From positions 7,329 to 71,328 of the forward strand of contig BDTG01000028.1 of the NCBI GenBank assembly GCA_002897695.1: 64,000 nucleotides of DNA. The letters run 5' to 3'. This DNA comes from a bacterium BMS3Abin14 (lineage in GTDB: Bacteria; BMS3Abin14). Below are positions 62,428 to 64,000 of this stretch, piece by piece; positions within the stretch are counted from its first letter, which is position 1, and every line of letters starts with the position of its first letter. The notes under the pieces are model-generated. The model ran no database searches and was not told where the DNA came from. It worked only from the letters and a program-made list of their open reading frames with translations. Made by a program: the position numbers and the translations under genes.

Positions 62428-63705
62428 TTGATGTTTCAGCCTGACAGGGAAACCCTTTCCAGGGAGGAACTGGCCAGGGAGCAGCTAAAAAAACTGCACT
62501 CAACCGTCGGCCGCATCCGCGAGAAAAACCCTGACTATCATGCCCGGATCGGTTCGCCTGACCCCGGGGAGATTCGGTCGCTTGAAGATATTGGCGAAAT
62601 CCCTTTTATGAGCAAGGACGATCTGCGGGATGGATATCCATTCCGGTTCGCCTGTGCTCCGAGGGAAAGCTTTGTCAGGATGCATATGAGTTCCGGCACC
62701 ACAGGGACACCCATCATCACCCCATACACCACTGCTGACGTTGACCAATGGGGGGAGATCATGGCCAGGTGCTTTGCCGCCGCCAGGGTGGGCTCCGAGG
62801 ACGTGGTTCAGATAACCCCATCCTTCGGTCTGTTCAACGGGGGGTTCGGATTTCATTATGGGGCCGCCCGGCTCGGCAGCTTCATCGTTCCCATTGGGGC
62901 CGGCCGGAGTTCATTGCAGCTCCAGTTCATGAAGGATCTCGGGACCACCGCACTGACTGCCATTGCCTCGTATCCGCTGCGGTTGATGGATATTGCCAGG
63001 CAGGAGGGCTTTGATTGGGGCTCCACCCGGTTGAAGGTCGGAATCTTCGGGGCTGAGGTCTGGAGCGACGAGATGAGGGCGCGGATCGAAGAAGAGATGG
63101 GTATTGAAGCCTACGATATTATCGGCATGACCGAGACGGGCGGGGTTGGCCTGGGGATCGACTGCCCCGCACGTGCCGGGATCCACATCTGGGAGGATCA
63201 CTATCTCGTGGAGATCGTTGACCCCGAAAGCGGCGACATGCTTCCGGACGGGCAGACCGGGGAAATGGTAGTCACCACGCTTACCAGGGAGGCCCTCCCC
63301 CTGATCCGGTTCAGAACCAGGGACATAACGTCTGTTGTATCCCGGGAAAAGTGTGGTTGCGGCAGAACCCACATGAGAATTGCCCGTATCACGGGCCGCA
63401 CCGACGATATGATCAAGGTCAAGGGAGTGAATTTCTTTCCCCGCCAGATCGAATCCCTTCTTCTCAAGGAGGAGGGAATGGGCAACGACTACCTCATCGA
63501 GGTTGAAAGGATTCATGGAGCCGATCGCCTTCAGGTCACGGTTGAGGTTGAGAACCCTTCGGATATGCGCCTGGCCGGCAGGTTGGGAGAGATCCTCCGC
63601 GATTTTCTGGGATTCGGGGCGAAGATCTCCCTCCTGCCCTTGGGGGGGATAGAAAAGCCTCCCGGGAAAGCGGTAAGGATTGTGGACCGCCGGCAAAAGG
63701 CCTGA
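62428..63705 (+). CDS. paaK: phenylacetate-CoA ligase
   Basis: SSGTTGTP AMP-binding motif in a PaaK-family context. Confidence 0.85.
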   Translation: MMFQPDRETLSREELAREQLKKLHSTVGRIREKNPDYHARIGSPDPGEIRSLEDIGEIPFMSKDDLRDGYPFRFACAPRESFVRMHMSSGTTGTPIITPYTTADVDQWGEIMARCFAAARVGSEDVVQITPSFGLFNGGFGFHYGAARLGSFIVPIGAGRSSLQLQFMKDLGTTALTAIASYPLRLMDIARQEGFDWGSTRLKVGIFGAEVWSDEMRARIEEEMGIEAYDIIGMTETGGVGLGIDCPARAGIHIWEDHYLVEIVDPESGDMLPDGQTGEMVVTTLTREALPLIRFRTRDITSVVSREKCGCGRTHMRIARITGRTDDMIKVKGVNFFPRQIESLLLKEEGMGNDYLIEVERIHGADRLQVTVEVENPSDMRLAGRLGEILRDFLGFGAKISLLPLGGIEKPPGKAVRIVDRRQKA

Positions 63706-63906
63706 AAACCTGTCTCACGCTGAGAAAACCAGGGTCCAGAGCCAATTCACCGCGAAGTTAACGAAGTTTCGCGAAGTTTAAAACCAGAACCTCTGGGTTA
63801 GATCTATCAGCGTAAATCAGCGGGCTAATAAGGATTTAAAATTATTTACCGCGGATGAACACAGATAGACGCGGATAAGGCAAGTATTTAAAGCGAAAAA
63901 ACCCCC

Positions 63907-63953
63907 TTGACAGGATGCGGCGGAAAGTGTACTGACTGAGCGGTCAGTCAGTA
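63907..63953 (+). promoter_or_regulatory. TTGACA -35 followed by perfect palindrome TACTGACTGA-gcgg-TCAGTCAGTA overlapping the predicted -10
   Basis: Seen in sequence. Likely operator for a gene starting beyond the window end. Confidence 0.4.
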
Positions 63954-64000
63954 TTGTAGTCGGAACATGGGCCATGGGGAAGAGCAAAATGTCCAGAAAA

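Overview
This 64-kb, roughly 58-60% GC window looks like a Deltaproteobacteria-type chromosome (Desulfuromonadales/Syntrophus-like gene content: MglA-type GTPase, Kor, two-subunit class I fumarase, B. subtilis-type SdhCAB, IorAB-PaaK, LptFG). Most of it is ordinary housekeeping.

- **rpoN end to ptsH:** the 3' end of rpoN, then hpf, ptsN, hprK, rapZ and a mannose-family PTS IIA/IIB/IIC/IID set plus ptsH, i.e. a regulatory 'nitrogen-PTS' cluster.
- **Scattered housekeeping:** metK-ahcY; convergent lptG-lptF; two CheW-like genes plus a RomR/FrzS-like Pro-rich response regulator; valS; nadC-birA-coaX; an EF-G paralogue.
- **MglA neighbourhood:** a SPOR protein, a hypothetical, an MglA-like Ras GTPase with a long acidic tail, then comEC.
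- **Signalling and tRNA synthetases:** a receiver-GAF-GGDEF protein; hisS; a receiver protein with an unknown N-terminal domain; aspS.
- **TCA block (33.3-40.7 kb):** mdh, fumAB, sucCD, korDABC.
- **Right end:** a DUF4390 / PAS-histidine kinase / sigma54-activator triad, an M29 aminopeptidase, sdhCAB, a Liv-type binding protein, iorAB and paaK.

The standout is a roughly 7.7-kb AT-richer island at 41.59-49.32 kb, bounded by about 40-70-bp imperfect inverted repeats. It carries a decayed IS200/IS605 tnpA, frameshifted Swt1/sacsin-type HEPN fragments running into a 987-aa SNF2-family helicase, and a translationally coupled 1028-aa sacsin/Hsp90-like GHKL ATPase with a C-terminal CxxC..CxxC zinc ribbon. 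This is a candidate uncharacterised defence or DNA-processing module.

Other notable signals:
- a tandem GTATAC operator shared by the mdh and sdhCAB promoters;
- a dispersed (GTCCAGA)n heptad repeat family;
- a 15-bp tandem repeat encoding (PVMPP)n inside the response-regulator gene;
- a candidate sigma54 promoter upstream of comEC;
- several palindromes or terminators.

No rRNA, tRNA or CRISPR was seen.
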